A stretch of 64,000 bases of DNA from Octopus vulgaris (GCA_951406725.2 OX597817.1:4960001-5024000), one strand, 5' to 3'. Counted from the stretch's first letter, positions 1-13,058 are shown. Notes: generated from the letters alone by a model not told the origin. Numbers and translations are program-made.

Positions 1-200
1 TATGCGAACCAACTCCCAACATGGGCAACGACAAAATATTGCGGAATTATTTCTTTTACATATCTAAACACGAATTTATATTTATCTCATATGATTGAAA
101 TTAAATTCGAATTCTATTAATCAAGATGTTTTCCACGTATCCCAAGTATTTTAGCATTCACTATCTACATTAACCTCTTTCTCTCTCTCTCTCTCTCTCT

Positions 201-238
<38 letters not shown>

Positions 239-241
<3 letters not shown>

Positions 242-437
242 GGTCCCGGGTTGAGTCGGGGTTAACCACAGTAAATAAGGTACTCAATACATAGCAGAGT
301 AAATTAATTTATTTTATAGAAGGAGCTTCTACAGGACTAGAACTGTTTCATTCAAGAGAAATCATCAGGAAGCTCCTGAGCTTCCTGATGATTTCTTTTG
401 AATGAAACAGTTCTAGTCCTGTAGAAGCTCCTTCTAT

Positions 438-443
<6 letters not shown>
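239..443. mobile_element. Short fold-back element in (TA)n with HHR-like motif; probable Penelope-like pseudo-LTR remnant
   Basis: Flanked by (TA)n on both sides. 310-443 is a near-perfect inverted repeat with its axis at 376/377. The right arm reads CTGATGA(385-391)-tttcttttgaat-GAAAC-agttc. Confidence 0.7.
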
Positions 444-530
<87 letters not shown>

Positions 531-1649
531 ATATATTTATGTGCCTATACGGTTTTTATTGCGCCTGCCTGCCTACATTAACTTTATAATACATACACAC
601 AGACACAGACCAATGCAAAACACACGCACACAAGTACACACACGAGCACACATATGTTTACATGGAATATACCCAGCATATATCTGAGAATATCATAGAT
701 TACGAGAGGGCTCAATGCAAAAATATGTATACAGTATACTTTAATGAGTTAACGAGAAAATGTAACTTAGCCTTCATCTTTTCCATAAGATGCATATAAC
801 CAGATTCAAATTATATAAGGCTAGGCTATGAAAAGTCTACACTCACCAAATAACCTTACACTAAAATAAATATTAAGATTGGATAGGCAGTTTATAATTG
901 ATACGTTGGTTGATAGATACTTAATTGGCCATACATATCTATCCGCATTTCAAAGTGCTGCATAAAACTCATTATTCATATGGTTACACTCGCACAGAGA
1001 CGCACCCAATGACAGAGAGAAACTGGAGGATGGTTATAAAATTTCTGCGCGTTTAATTTACATTCCTAGCTGCGAACATCTTTGATATTTTTTTCACACA
1101 TAGATAAGCTCTATCATATCTCAATAAATCCTCTTAAGAATTTTACTCATGTTATCAATGTTTGATGGATTAAGAGCTTTTCAATGTTTGTAGAATTTAG
1201 AATTTAGAATGCTAGAACATAACAGATGTTTGATTTGTTACAAAAATATTTGCCATCTATACTTTTCTTAATTTCACATTGTTTCGATTCTAAGATATAT
1301 GAGGCCAATCAGACGGAGAAATTGTAATGTTCTTACATTTCTTGAAATATTATTGTTGCTTCCTAAGTTAATATACTGTCAAACATGTCATTAATATTCT
1401 ATAAGAATTCAAACTGTATTTGAAGTGTTACTGTACGGTATTCTACTCATTGATATAATGATACGAATTTATAGATTTCTGGTTATGAAATGACTGTTCA
1501 GCGTTATTAATGAAATTATTTGAAATACCATATTTGCTCGCTAAGCTATTTCTTTTAATAGCTTAGTATTGAGGAAATGACAGTATCCATAGCTTTTGTA
1601 GGGTCATCGAGACCTGTTTCACGAGTACTTTAATATTCCGCTCAAATTC

Positions 1650-2130
1650 TCTAAGTTGACGACAGCGGAAATGGCATGGGAGGAGCTGGAATTAGAATGA
1701 GGGCATGAAGCTAGGGGACTTAGCTAGGAACAGGCTCTTGGAGGCTGGAAATATCATTGGTTGGTGAGAGACTTACAACTGTGTTGAGAGTGCCTAAGTT
1801 GGGTTGCATGTGGTCAGCATGTAGAGGCTAATGTATCAGCAGTAACGAGACAGTGGAGGGTGATAAGCTTGTAGGCCAGTGACTGGTTCGAATCTACGAG
1901 AAACTTTATTCTACTGGACACTGCTCATGGAGCAAAACATGATGTGTAGTGGAGAATGGGAAGATTCTACAAAGTTGATTGTGATGTTTGGAAGGCGGTA
2001 CAGGATGAAAGGTGAATGGAGTTATCCTACTTTGTTTGAATGATAATATTCTAAACGTCGAGAAGTTAAGAGCTGTCCAGTTAGTGAGAAAATGCTTTGT
2101 AGGTCTGGATGACATTTGCCAAAACTAATA
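1650..2130 (-). mobile_element. Possible very degenerate Penelope-like element fragment (RT thumb/linker region)
   Basis: Minus-strand RITPFTFHP resembles the PLE RIPLVLTYHP motif. The rest is too decayed to confirm. Confidence 0.25.
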
Positions 2131-2210
2131 CAGCGTCAAACTATTACACCTGTTTGTTGTTTATACATCTGATCTGTCTTCGTCTTCTGTTTTTCAGTGA
2201 ATTTCAACTA

Positions 2211-2211
2211 T

Positions 2212-2310
<99 letters not shown>

Positions 2311-2541
2311 TATATATACATATATACATCCATATATATACATATGTCAATATATATACATATCTGTATATACATATTTATATATACATATTTATATATA
2401 CATATTTATACATGCATATTTATGCATACATATTTATACATACATATTTATACATACATATGTATATATATACATACATATTTAAACATATATATTTATA
2501 CATACATATTTATACATATGTATTTATACATATATATTTAT

Positions 2542-2589
<48 letters not shown>

Positions 2590-2590
2590 T

Positions 2591-2658
<68 letters not shown>

Positions 2659-2723
2659 CATAGATACATAGATAGATAGATAGATACATAGATAGATAGA
2701 TAGATAGATAGATACATAGATAC

Positions 2724-2816
<93 letters not shown>

Positions 2817-2857
2817 GATTGATAGATTGATAGATACATAGATACATAGATAGATAG

Positions 2858-2921
<64 letters not shown>

Positions 2922-2939
2922 GGATGGATAGATAGATAA

Positions 2940-3003
<64 letters not shown>

Positions 3004-3040
3004 ATTGCTGACAGACACAATCACACACACACACACAATC
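2211..3040. repeat. Compound microsatellite (CA)n-(TA)n-degenerate TACATA-(GATA)n
   Basis: Directly visible; source of the spurious HT/IY/YLSI ORFs. Confidence 0.98.
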
Positions 3041-3069
3041 ATAGATATTGTGATGCTTTCTTATTTGCT

Positions 3070-3830
3070 TCATTTGTCATGTTACAGTAAAGGAAGCCAA
3101 GCATTGAATGTAGAGTCCAGAGTGTTGCACCATCTGAAGCCAATTTTCTTGTTCTTTTATTGAACAGTTCATGTTCTTCGAAGTAAAGAACTCCTTTACT
3201 GAAGACTCTACCACAACTTGGTTGGTGATGCGTTACGAGCACAGGAAGTGAGCCATGAATTGGAACAAGTAATACGAGTGATATTACTCCGCAATCATAA
3301 AGTGCGAAAGCTTTGGTGAAAGCAGGAGCCAGTTTCCGGAACCTGGCACCAAATATGGGCATTTCGAATACAAGGTGTTGCTGCATCCAGTGGAATTAAC
3401 AGGAGATAGATAATCCACAACGAGGTCGTTCCAGACCGTGAACCATCAATGTTAACCCGTACTCCAAACAGGTTGATCAGCTCTATGCCATCATGCGGCA
3501 AATATATATCCGGCATTGTTTAACAGAAAGCGAACACTTCTGCAGAATTACAACGCGAAACCTTATACGGTTCGAGCAGCTCGTACTACACTCCAGAAAC
3601 TATGCCACGCCTAGCATATAGTCCACAAGTGGCTTCATCGGAGTATTAGTTGTTCTGATCCTCGATCCACTTCCTGTACCCGTGAGGCTTCATGAACCAA
3701 GAGGGGGTGGAAGCTTCAGTGAATGAGTTCTTAACCTTAAAGAACAAGAACTGGTATCAGGTTGTATAAAAGAACTGTTAGAAAAATATATGCGGACGGT
3801 ACAAAACAGTGGCCTCTACTTCGAATACAA
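3070..3830 (+). pseudogene. mariner-type transposase pseudogene (catalytic and C-terminal region)
   Basis: Frameshifted plus-strand translation gives IIHNEVVPD..TINVNPYSKQVDQL, LLQNYNAKPY (cf. LLHDNARPH), AYSPQVASSEY*LF (cf. YSPDLAPSDYHLF) and EFLTLKNKNWYQ..VQNSGLYFE. Confidence 0.85.
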
Positions 3831-3904
3831 GGCTGCTATTGTGGTGTCTAGACGAATAAAGCAAATAAGTTAGCAAAATATTGCAAGACTTTTGATTCAA
3901 CACA

Positions 3905-3948
<44 letters not shown>

Positions 3949-4299
3949 ACACACACACACATATACTCTCTCTCTTTCTTGCACAGACACGCACACACAT
4001 ACACGTATACATAAATATATGCATAGAAGCATATTCATATCTGGTCATGTAAGTAAATGTGTGTGTGAGAGCGAATGGCTGGTGTCTGTATTAGGTACTC
4101 CATTATTAATTCAGTATATCAATATCACCATACGGTGTTCAAGTAAAATTTATCGATTATTTTGTCTCTATATTTCAGGAACAGCTAGCTATAATGGTAA
4201 ATAGTCAACGGTGTTGGTGAGCATAAAGAGGAAATTTGTAGTTGCTAGAAAGTTAGCTGACATAGAGGATTGAATGCCATTTAAATAGAAGAAAATATT

Positions 4300-5342
4300 T
4301 ACATCTGTCATGATGACTCGCGCATTCTATCAAAATGCCGACAAAATGACTGCTGTTCAATGCGCTGTGGACACTGTAAAAGCTGTGAGATTTGACATGG
4401 TCAGCTACAACTGAGACCTGGATCGTGAGGCCAGCAGGCAGGTATATGTCCGCAAGCTAAAATTCATCCCACAACTAAAGGACAAGTTGATGGAAGATGC
4501 AAGCAAAGTTATCCAGTCTCAGGCGAAAGATATGAGTGATGGAGTCGCTACTATGAAGCTGGGTCTGAATGAGGAACTTCGCTACCACTCGTGCAAGAGG
4601 TGCAAGGGACAAATTCTAAAGGCCAAAGTCAAGCAGAACCACTTGATGAAGACAAAGCAACCCCTGCTGAAGCTGAGGCATCTTGTTGAGCAAGGGATCA
4701 TCTGCGTTTTTTCTGATGTACCGGAACAACAGGAGGCTTGGCCAGAACACACAGAGCAACATGAAGCTTGCCTACAATACCTGTAATGTTTCATGTATCA
4801 CAAAAACCAGGTTCTCCAATGATGTCATGTTTTCACTGTGTCTGCAGTAAATCTAGGCTCAATTCATACAACTATGTGAAGCTGCTGGAGACTGTGGGAA
4901 GCCTGGCTCAAGATGGTTGCAACTGGAGGACCATATGTATGGCACCAGGATTCAAGTCGTTATTCTACCCCTAGGAAGTTTCAGAATTTGTTGTTGAAGA
5001 ATTTCTAAAACTTCTTCCTATTGTAATCTCATGGATTGTTATGAGTGGGGTGCAGCTGAGAACAATACCAGCTGCTCTGCCTGCGATACCAAGGCCGAGC
5101 TGGTAGCTAATGTCAAGAACGTACTCGACCTTCCCAAGTATACAGTGACGATTGTATGCGAGAGATACCTTCATGAGGTGGTATTATAAGTTGAGGACAG
5201 TTACTGTGAGTAAACTATTATCTCCCAGCCATGATCTAGCTGATATTTTATTGAGTTTTTAAGATACTTTTATTTTGGAATGGAGATTCTGTGTATTCTT
5301 TTCCTTTATGCAAACTGTCAACTTTAGATCAAACACTTTGTA
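4300..5342 (+). pseudogene. Tc1/mariner-superfamily (maT/DD37D-like) transposase remnant
   Basis: EELRYHSCKRCKGQIL..LLKLRH..ICVFSD (cf. FSDEK), YVKLLETV..PWL..PYVWHQDS and CNLMDCYEWGAAE (cf. SPDLNPLDY.VW); many stops and frameshifts. Confidence 0.7.
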
Positions 5343-6299
5343 TGTGTCTGCTGAAATATTGCATAACTTTTGAAAAACATTGATGAGTCTATGGAATGAA
5401 TATAAGTATTGTTTATATCCAAAAGCAAATATATCTAATGCGTTTTAATCCATTGTATCGGTCTATATTGTTTTCGAAGGATTTGGTTACTATTTCTTTT
5501 ATTTTGTAGTTGAAATTTAGAACTGTGCAATGATTTTATACAATAACGTCCCTGCACATAAAAATATGTTGCCATGTATCATATATCATATCAGATTTAA
5601 TCTAAATGGAGTGTTGCTACTGATATCATTGTACTTTGCTATTTCTTAAACAAACACAGTACTGTTTATTCTCATGTTTATTTCCATCTATCTTAATGTC
5701 ATCAAATTTGTTTCTGCTTTAAAATGGCTTTGTTACTGGTCGCATCATTTGCTGATGTAGATAAAAGGACGCTTCAAATTAGCTGAATATTTTAGCAACA
5801 GAAAAAAAATCTGGATTATAGGTATCTGGTGAAAATCTGTGCTTCTAGTTATTAATATGAATAAGACATGACAATTATGAAGATACAATAATTAGTGTAA
5901 TTGATAAATTGAAAATAAGAACATATATTTCGGATACATAGAAATATTAATATCAAAGTCTACCTCCGTAGGATTTTAACACAGAAAGTAAAACATTAAA
6001 TAGATATAGAAAAGTATGTTGTTACCTTTTTCGCTCTATCAATTCTCCCAAGTATAACAGCACAGCAAATAACTTAGCATCAACGTCGGGCTAATTCGGC
6101 TGCGGGTTTGCATAGCTATATGAGAAAATTGCGATGCAATAGTGTTTTTTATCCTCAGAATCAGAAACCAAGCGACATAGGCGGCGAAAATGGAGGAATT
6201 GTGAGAAGCAGTAGGTCTCCCTCGTTCGCTGATGAGTGTTCATTTGATCAACCAATTAAATTAACTGCTTCTGAATTAATATCTAAGTGGCTGAAATCA

Positions 6300-6900
6300 T
6301 ACAGAAACAGTAAATAGAATTATACTGAAGCAGTAAATAGATGTGGTGTGGCTGGAGGCAGGTGTTTTACTGAACATGGAGAATAGAATCAGTATACTCC
6401 AATTTACCAAACTGCACCAGCAGAACTGGTGGGTCCAAGGCATGGAACTCATTATACGGGCCACACAAAAAGACCTCGAAGACATACCAGACCAGATTAT
6501 TCTACCCAACGAAACCACATTAAGAGTAATGGTGGAGGAGAGAAAATTTCGTTTTTATAAATATGGGCAAATGTGCCCCCTCCACCCAGCAAACCTACAC
6601 ATGTTGAGACCATAGAAGAAGACACAGAGCTGCCAGCCAGCACAACGCCGAGGAGGCCCACAATCGAAGCCCCAAGAAGAATAGCGAGGGAGCCTGAAAG
6701 GGACGCACAAGAGAGTGAAGCCATCCATAATGATTGGAGAGTTATCAAAAAAACGCAAAAGAAAAATACATCCCCCATACATATAAACATCACAGACACC
6801 CATACATCCGCACTCACTACACACCAACCCCAAACACCCATCCCAGTACCCACAAACACAGTCATCAATGTTACAGCAATTAACATTAGCAACGCCACTC
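6300..6900 (+). mobile_element. Possible non-LTR retrotransposon ORF1/gag-like remnant
   Basis: LRVMVEERKFRFYKYGQ resembles a decayed V.VEGR.P.C..CG zinc-knuckle entry, followed by Pro/Thr-rich low-complexity sequence. Confidence 0.35.
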
Positions 6901-6904
6901 AATG

Positions 6905-7560
6905 TCTATAGATGGGTAGAGTGAAACTACTCCATACTACCTACTACACAACCTGTGAAATCGTTGGAGTGGTTGCGACTTCTGATTCTATTCAGGAGAT
7001 CCTCCGTACTCACATAGACATTCTGGGACACTTCAATGAGTGGTTGTAGCACCCGTGAAAGGAAGTAGGATAGCCTGTAATTGTTGAAGATATTTAACTC
7101 TGAAAACTCGCCAGGTTGGGGGCCCCATAACAGGGTTTACGTATGGTTTATGGTCCTTACGTAACCCGCATAACGTAGGGACATCGTTGTTGAATGCTTG
7201 GAAATTTTTTTGCAGTCCGTTCCTTGGGTTGGAGTATGTTGCACCACATTCCCATGTTTCCATTGAAAAGTTTTTACACTCTTTCATGTTTCTGTGGTGC
7301 AATTTCTCTCATGCTTCTGATGTGTCGTTGCATGGTCTGGACATAGTTTTGTAGGATGTCTACCGACAGTCTGCCAGACTTGTCCGTTTCGAGGCACACT
7401 AATTCTTTGTTCCGTATTCACTGTTTCCCTGAGTTTTTAGGTCCTCCCTCATTATTTTTTTTTAGTTGTTTTGTTATAGCGGTCTAAGATGTTTCGGAGT
7501 CTATTTCTAGCTCACGAAATCTTTGCCCCTGTGTCACTGTCAGTCTTAGGTAGGATACAT
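6905..7560 (-). pseudogene. Penelope-like element reverse transcriptase remnant (N-terminal RT motifs)
   Basis: Frameshifted minus-strand translation: ELVCLETDKSGRLSV..NY, VPTLCGLRKDHKP...GPPT, YRLSYFLSRVLQPL..STEDLLNRI and VVGSME*/SLYPSID (cf. PLE S.DV.SLYPSI). Confidence 0.85.
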
Positions 7561-8055
7561 AACCTTTTGTTGAATGGTAAATCTGTTGGGTAGATCCTCG
7601 TTATGTCTTATGATTTGTTGTTGAAGTTAAAGAAGACAGTTGTGGTTGTTGCTATCAAGGTTGCTGGCATTGTTGTTGTTGTATTCTTCTTCTTTCCAAT
7701 CAGGACCCACACCATTAGCCACAAAGAATAATCTCTAATTCGAGCCTACTCTAAGCTACTAAGAATGCGTGTGGCAACTTGAAGATGAACTCACCACACG
7801 CGATAGACTGGCGGTTGCACGGGCGCGAAAGCTACGTTGTTATTCTCATTCCGTAAACGGTGGCTTTAACGGGTGGAGAGCTGAACCATCCTGGGGTACA
7901 GATGATTCGCAATCTAGACTAGGGTCGGAAAATTTACCACACCATAATGGGTTACACCATGGGTCTCTGTTTTGTGGCAGAAGTAGGAAGAAAGAGTGAG
8001 AGAAATCTGTGGTGAAAGAGTACAACGGGTTCACCCCACCCCTCGTCTTACAACC

Positions 8056-8098
8056 GCGAATTTGCTGCCCTAACCACTGGGTCAGAGCGCTTCCACTG

Positions 8099-8130
<32 letters not shown>

Positions 8131-8278
8131 AGTGCTTGTGTTGTGTTGATTGTTATTGTTGTGGTTGTTGCTATTATTGTTGTGGGTGGTATTGGTTTTG
8201 GTGAGAGTATGGATGATGTATTTGTCATTGTCGACTGCGAGTTAGCTGCCCTAACCACTGGGCCATTGCGCCTCCACT
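8056..8278 (-). mobile_element. Two truncated tRNA-derived SINE heads (8056-8097 and 8237-8278)
   Basis: Minus strand agtggaggcgcaaTGGCCCAGTGGttagggcagc is a tRNA A-box-like start; there are two diverged copies. Confidence 0.55.
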
Positions 8279-8686
8279 CTTGTTGTTGGGTGGTGGTGGT
8301 GTTATTTTCCGGTGCCCTGGCGCCGAAGTCCTCTGGTAGTCAACATTCCGATATGACGTCGATATAGTTTGGGTATCTGTGTTGATTCTTACCATGCTGA
8401 GAATGTTGTTGTTGTTGCTGTTCTATCCCCTTGAGTTTGTTGTAAAAGTGTTTGTTACAGGCATAGTCTTATTTGGTGATATTCTTGTCTGATTTGCCAT
8501 GAAGCTGTGTGTTTCACGTGGGGTTGAGGTATTTTTCCTTTCATGCAGTAGGACCCTCTTTGGTTCTTGGTACTGGTTGATTTATACGTATATTTTCTTT
8601 CTGATGCTTTGCAACATCGTAGTTTAGTTTTCTTGCTTGGTGTTCTGCGAGTTTCATAGTTAGCAGTGGCAGCGGTAAAGAAAAGT

Positions 8687-8687
8687 G

Positions 8688-8784
<97 letters not shown>

Positions 8785-8839
8785 TAGTAGTAGTAGCAGC
8801 AGCAGCAGCAACAGCAGTAGTAGTAGTAGTAGTAGTAGT

Positions 8840-8898
<59 letters not shown>

Positions 8899-8908
8899 TA
8901 GTAGTAGT

Positions 8909-8949
<41 letters not shown>

Positions 8950-8953
8950 TAGT

Positions 8954-9040
<87 letters not shown>
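8687..9040. repeat. Alternating (GCA)n/(GTA)n block trinucleotide microsatellite (second copy 21866-22217)
   Basis: Directly visible; gives the spurious poly-S/L/C/Y/A/V ORFs. Confidence 0.98.
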
Positions 9041-9830
9041 TATTGTTGTTCTTGTTGATATTCATGTTCCGGCTGCTTTTGTAACTCTGTGTTTGTTGTT
9101 TACTTATTTCCCGCTATATAGGTTTTGACAATACTGTAATAGCGTTCGCTAATTTATATATCTGTCACTGGAAATTCACACGTGAAGTGGTTTCTCGTAA
9201 AATAATTGGCTTTTTGGTTGCCCTATGTTACTATAGGTCAAATGTTACAACTGGCTCATGCCCGAGATTTGAGTTACGTCGACAATGAGTCATACTTGCG
9301 TGCTCGTGGGATTTTGCGCCTGTCTGTATGTATATAAACCCTCACGTTTATCGATATATGTGCAAATATGTATGTATACATATGTGTGTGTGCGTTGTGT
9401 ATATGTGTTTGTGTATGTTTTGTGTGTGTGTATGTGTTTGGGCGAATATGTGTATATGTATGCATATATTTACGTATATATATATATATATATATTTATG
9501 TATAGATAAGTATATTTATGTATTGATAAGTATATTTATATATCGATAAATAAATGTATAAAAACCACACTGATATACACATGTGTGTAGGCACACACAT
9601 AAACATACACACAAGGATGCATAAACATATATACATTTTTATTGTCCATAGTGTGTCTATATAAAACTGAAATGTATATTCAGTGTCGTATGAGCGTTTG
9701 CTTATATACAATTTATGCTAAATACTAAGTTATACTTTTGAACATATAGGATGCCACTTCATCGACATATGTACCTATATATTTGTTCATCCGTTCGCAA
9801 ATTCTAGTTCAAATGCTTATATACACACAG

Positions 9831-9931
9831 GTGCAGGAGTGGCTGTGTGATAAGAAGCTTGCTTTCCAAACACATGGTTCTGGGTTCAGTCCCATTGCGT
9901 GACACCTTGGGCAAGTGTCTTATACTATAGC
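9831..9931 (+). mobile_element. 5' fragment of tRNA-derived SINE (same family as 17197-17597; duplicate ~23017-23115)
   Basis: ggagtggctgtgtgataag...ggttcagtccc matches the head of the full copy. Confidence 0.8.
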
Positions 9932-10266
9932 TATACAAGCTATAAAGATGTGGTTGCTATGACAAAAAGAGTGATTTTTTATCGATAGAAGTGGGCCCAG
10001 AGCCCCTCTAGGTTTGTGCGATTGGCTTTTAATGCCCAGCGGCATGCGCTGCAGACTGTTGTGCTTAATAAACATACATTTTGTCACGAAATTCCGGCTA
10101 CTAGGAAACGATTTTTCATTGAGAAAAAACGGGTGCTTTTTGTCCTCATTTTCTTTTTAACCTTTTCCATAAATCAACTATCGTAAAAATTTTCTACCAT
10201 GACCTCACATTTTCTATGTATGTGTGTGTACCCTAAAAGACGTGATTAGGCAGAGGTCCAATTGAA

Positions 10267-10563
10267 TTGAATGGACCGGCAGCTGGTCAAGGTGTTCTTA
10301 TAACTCACATGTCCCTCACTCCTTCCGATGCGATCTACGTGTTTAAGCGACTTCAGTTTCCTATCAAACTCTCCTTTGCAATGACAATAAATAAGGCACA
10401 GGACCAATCATTGCAAATGGTTGGTTTAAATGTCACAGAGCAAGTGTTCTCCCACGGTCAACTTTACGTTGGAGGCTCCCGTGTCGGCAGGCCACAAAAT
10501 CTATACATTTGTGCATCAGAAGGGAAAACGAGAAACGTTTCCTACGAAGAAGCGCTACACTGA
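10267..10563 (+). pseudogene. Helitron RepHel Pif1-family helicase C-terminal fragment
   Basis: FKRLQFPIKLSFAMTINKAQDQSL..VGL..VFSHGQLYVGGSRV..GKTRNVSY.EAL* matches Pif1/Helitron helicase motifs V-VI and C-terminus; upstream domains are absent. Confidence 0.92.
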
Positions 10564-10789
10564 AAAGACGGCATTTCTTCACAAGTGAAATTTACGGGGT
10601 TCAAGCAACAATCTAAAAGGTTCGTCCATTTGTTTCTTCGACACTTAACTTCAAGCAGTCTAATAAGTAGTTAAATTTAACCAGTCAGTTGCGCATGAGC
10701 ATTCGATAAATTCTGCATACTTTATCGTAGTTCGACGTGAACTTGCGACGAAACAGGTTGTATTTTTTGTGCTTGGGATTACCGTAGAA

Positions 10790-10945
10790 AAAGAGATCCA
10801 AAGCGAACACTATCGACACCATATGCCTTTCCATTTTTCAAAAGGCAAGAAAACACAGGGAAACTGCAGGAAGATACGCACTGTTTAGGAGGGGATGCTG
10901 TTATGGAAGATGTGAGTCGGAAATGGATCTCAGAATTCGTTCTGA
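10790..10945 (+). pseudogene. mariner transposase N-terminal HTH fragment (duplicate ~23973-24128)
   Basis: EHYRHHMPFHFSKGKK...RKIRTV*..DAVMEDVSRKWISEF (cf. EHFRH.LLF.F.KG...IC.VYG.DAV..R...WF..F). Confidence 0.65.
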
Positions 10946-11752
10946 CTAACCAGCTGAGATTATCATGAGCAAAATATAAACAGTAAGGTCGCAGATTTTC
11001 TCCAAACATTCAAATAGAGTGCTGAAAATCATAATTTTGATTGCCAAGTCAAAACGACCCCCGTTTGTTATTTTTTGGTTGATTTTGTATTAATTGTGGA
11101 AGGCAAATTATTTTCCTTTTAACTATTCTTTCCCATTTGCGAATTCGAAATCTGTAGAACTCCTATTTATCTTTTGCTGGAGTCTTTTTTAAGACCTGTT
11201 CTTGTGTCGCTTTCATATTGATTGAGTACGTCAGTTTACGGCTTGTATCTGTCTGATAATTATCTCACTTGAATGTCGTTTTGTTAAATTAAGCCTTCTG
11301 CCGAAGATCCTAAACTGATTTCTACGTCCCCGAGAGGAATGCAAAAATAGGAAAGGTAATACTATGCTACAAGAAACAATGAAATTTAAATGATCATTTC
11401 AGTACTGCAGGATCTTCCTAACTCTCATAAAATCCATTTTTCCGTAGACCATACATATGATAAAATTTATGATGTGGCATTACAAAGGGATACGCTTGCA
11501 TCAATTTTTTTATCCTCCACAGCCAATATTAAGTTAAAAGTGTCTAGCACATACACAAAAAACTCTTCTATATGTATCTATGAGTATTTGCCCACACTGC
11601 AGCATGAGCTTTATTTTAATCTCTCGTGGGCAGCTGTTAAACATATCTTTGTAAAAGTTCATTTACAAAAACCTTATTCACGATATCAAATATGGGTGAC
11701 TCATCAGGTTTCGATGCATTATAAACATATTTGCTTATATATATATATATAT

Positions 11753-11955
11753 AGGGAGAGTTTACGAAAAAAAACAAAGGACGACGACAGGTGGTGTACA
11801 AAACAAACAGATGTATTAGTATAACGCTCAGGAATAGAAAAAGTCTTTTACGTTTCGAGCCTACGCTCTTCTACAGAAAGGGACACAGAAAAAACAAGGA
11901 GAGAAAAAAATGTGTGTAGTGGCTACCGATCCATCATGGCGACTAGTGCCGGGCA
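11753..11955 (-). mobile_element. (TA)n-inserted HHR-motif element, related subfamily of 12843/50381 (duplicate ~24933-25135)
   Basis: Shares tgtattagtat..cgctcaggaa...cgtttcgagcctacgctcttc. The minus strand reads TAGAAGA-gcgtaggctc-GAAACGTA, with a mutated core. Confidence 0.65.
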
Positions 11956-12794
11956 TATATATATAGAAATGCTGCACTCCATATTTGATCGTTCGAATAC
12001 TCGGAAAGGTGAAATAATTCAGCTATATATTATTAGAAGATCCAGCTTCTAATAAAATGTACAGCTAGAACATAGATAATTTTTTCCTTTGAAACAGAGA
12101 CGTTCAGCAATCCGTGAGTGTTCAGATGTACGTGTGTGAGTGTGTGTGTGTACGTGTATGCGAGACTATGCCAGTTTATATTTATATGTGTGTACAATTT
12201 GCTATAAGATATAATGCAGGATTTCCAGTCTACCAATCATTCATTTTTAAACCAATGTATTGCTTTAGATCCGGACTTTAGATCCAATGACGGAATGCAA
12301 TCATTAGACTAGTATTTAATTTGTGAAACCTTACAGTTCGTAAAGGGACTTATAAATGTGATATTAAAGGCTGAGGAACGTACATTGGATGAACATCCGT
12401 AAATATTTATTCAACACAAATCCATATATAAAGAAGCAATGAACCTCAAGCACATAAATATGCAATTGTAAATGCTCTCCGCATTCACACCAACATACAC
12501 AACTATACACAGGTACATATATGTGTGTGTGTGAGTGTGTGTGGGTGTACATAGATTACATATACATACACAAAAATACATACACATATCTTTCTCATGG
12601 TATGTATTTATGCTATATGTGCCTGGATATGGAAGCGTTTGTCTGAATTTGTGCCGGTGTATCTGAACGACTGCGTGTATATGGAATATAACATTTCATT
12701 CTAGTTTTACTTTACAAAATACAAATGTAGTTAATTTTTCTTTTTATTTGCTTAATAGTTATTGGAATTAAAATTTGAACAATTTTGTGCAATA

Positions 12795-12842
<48 letters not shown>

Positions 12843-13058
12843 ACGGGAAGCTTTATGAAAATAAACAAAAGACGAAGGCAGGTGGAATACAAACAAACAA
12901 TTGTATTAGTATGGCGCTCAGGAAATATAAATAAAACAAGTCTTTTACGTTTCGAGCCTACGCTCTTCAACAGAAAGATACACAGAAAAGAAATACGGAA
13001 AGAAACAATGAGAGAAAAAAAATGCGTGCAGAAGCTAGCGAATCAACATGGTGATATG
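12843..13058 (-). mobile_element. (TA)n-inserted HHR-motif element (duplicate ~26017-26232; independent copy 50381-50589)
   Basis: Between (TA)n tracts. The minus strand reads TTGAAGA(12970-12964)-gcgtaggctc-GAAACGTA. Confidence 0.7.

Noticed and set aside
2109-3073. Long ORFs rich in HT, IY and YLSI repeats (and similar ORFs throughout the window)
   Set aside because: Translations of (CA)n, (TA)n, (GATA)n and (TATG)n microsatellites; no coding signal.
7768-8052. GC-richer island beginning TGT and ending ACA, possible solo LTR
   Set aside because: No convincing TSD or second copy in the window.
8455-9128. Poly-Ser/Leu/Cys/Ala-Val ORFs
   Set aside because: Trinucleotide microsatellite open in several frames on both strands.
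11390-11824. 144-aa ORF (likewise 14117-14668)
   Set aside because: No recognisable domain; runs into microsatellite or repeat sequence and changes length between the duplicate copies.
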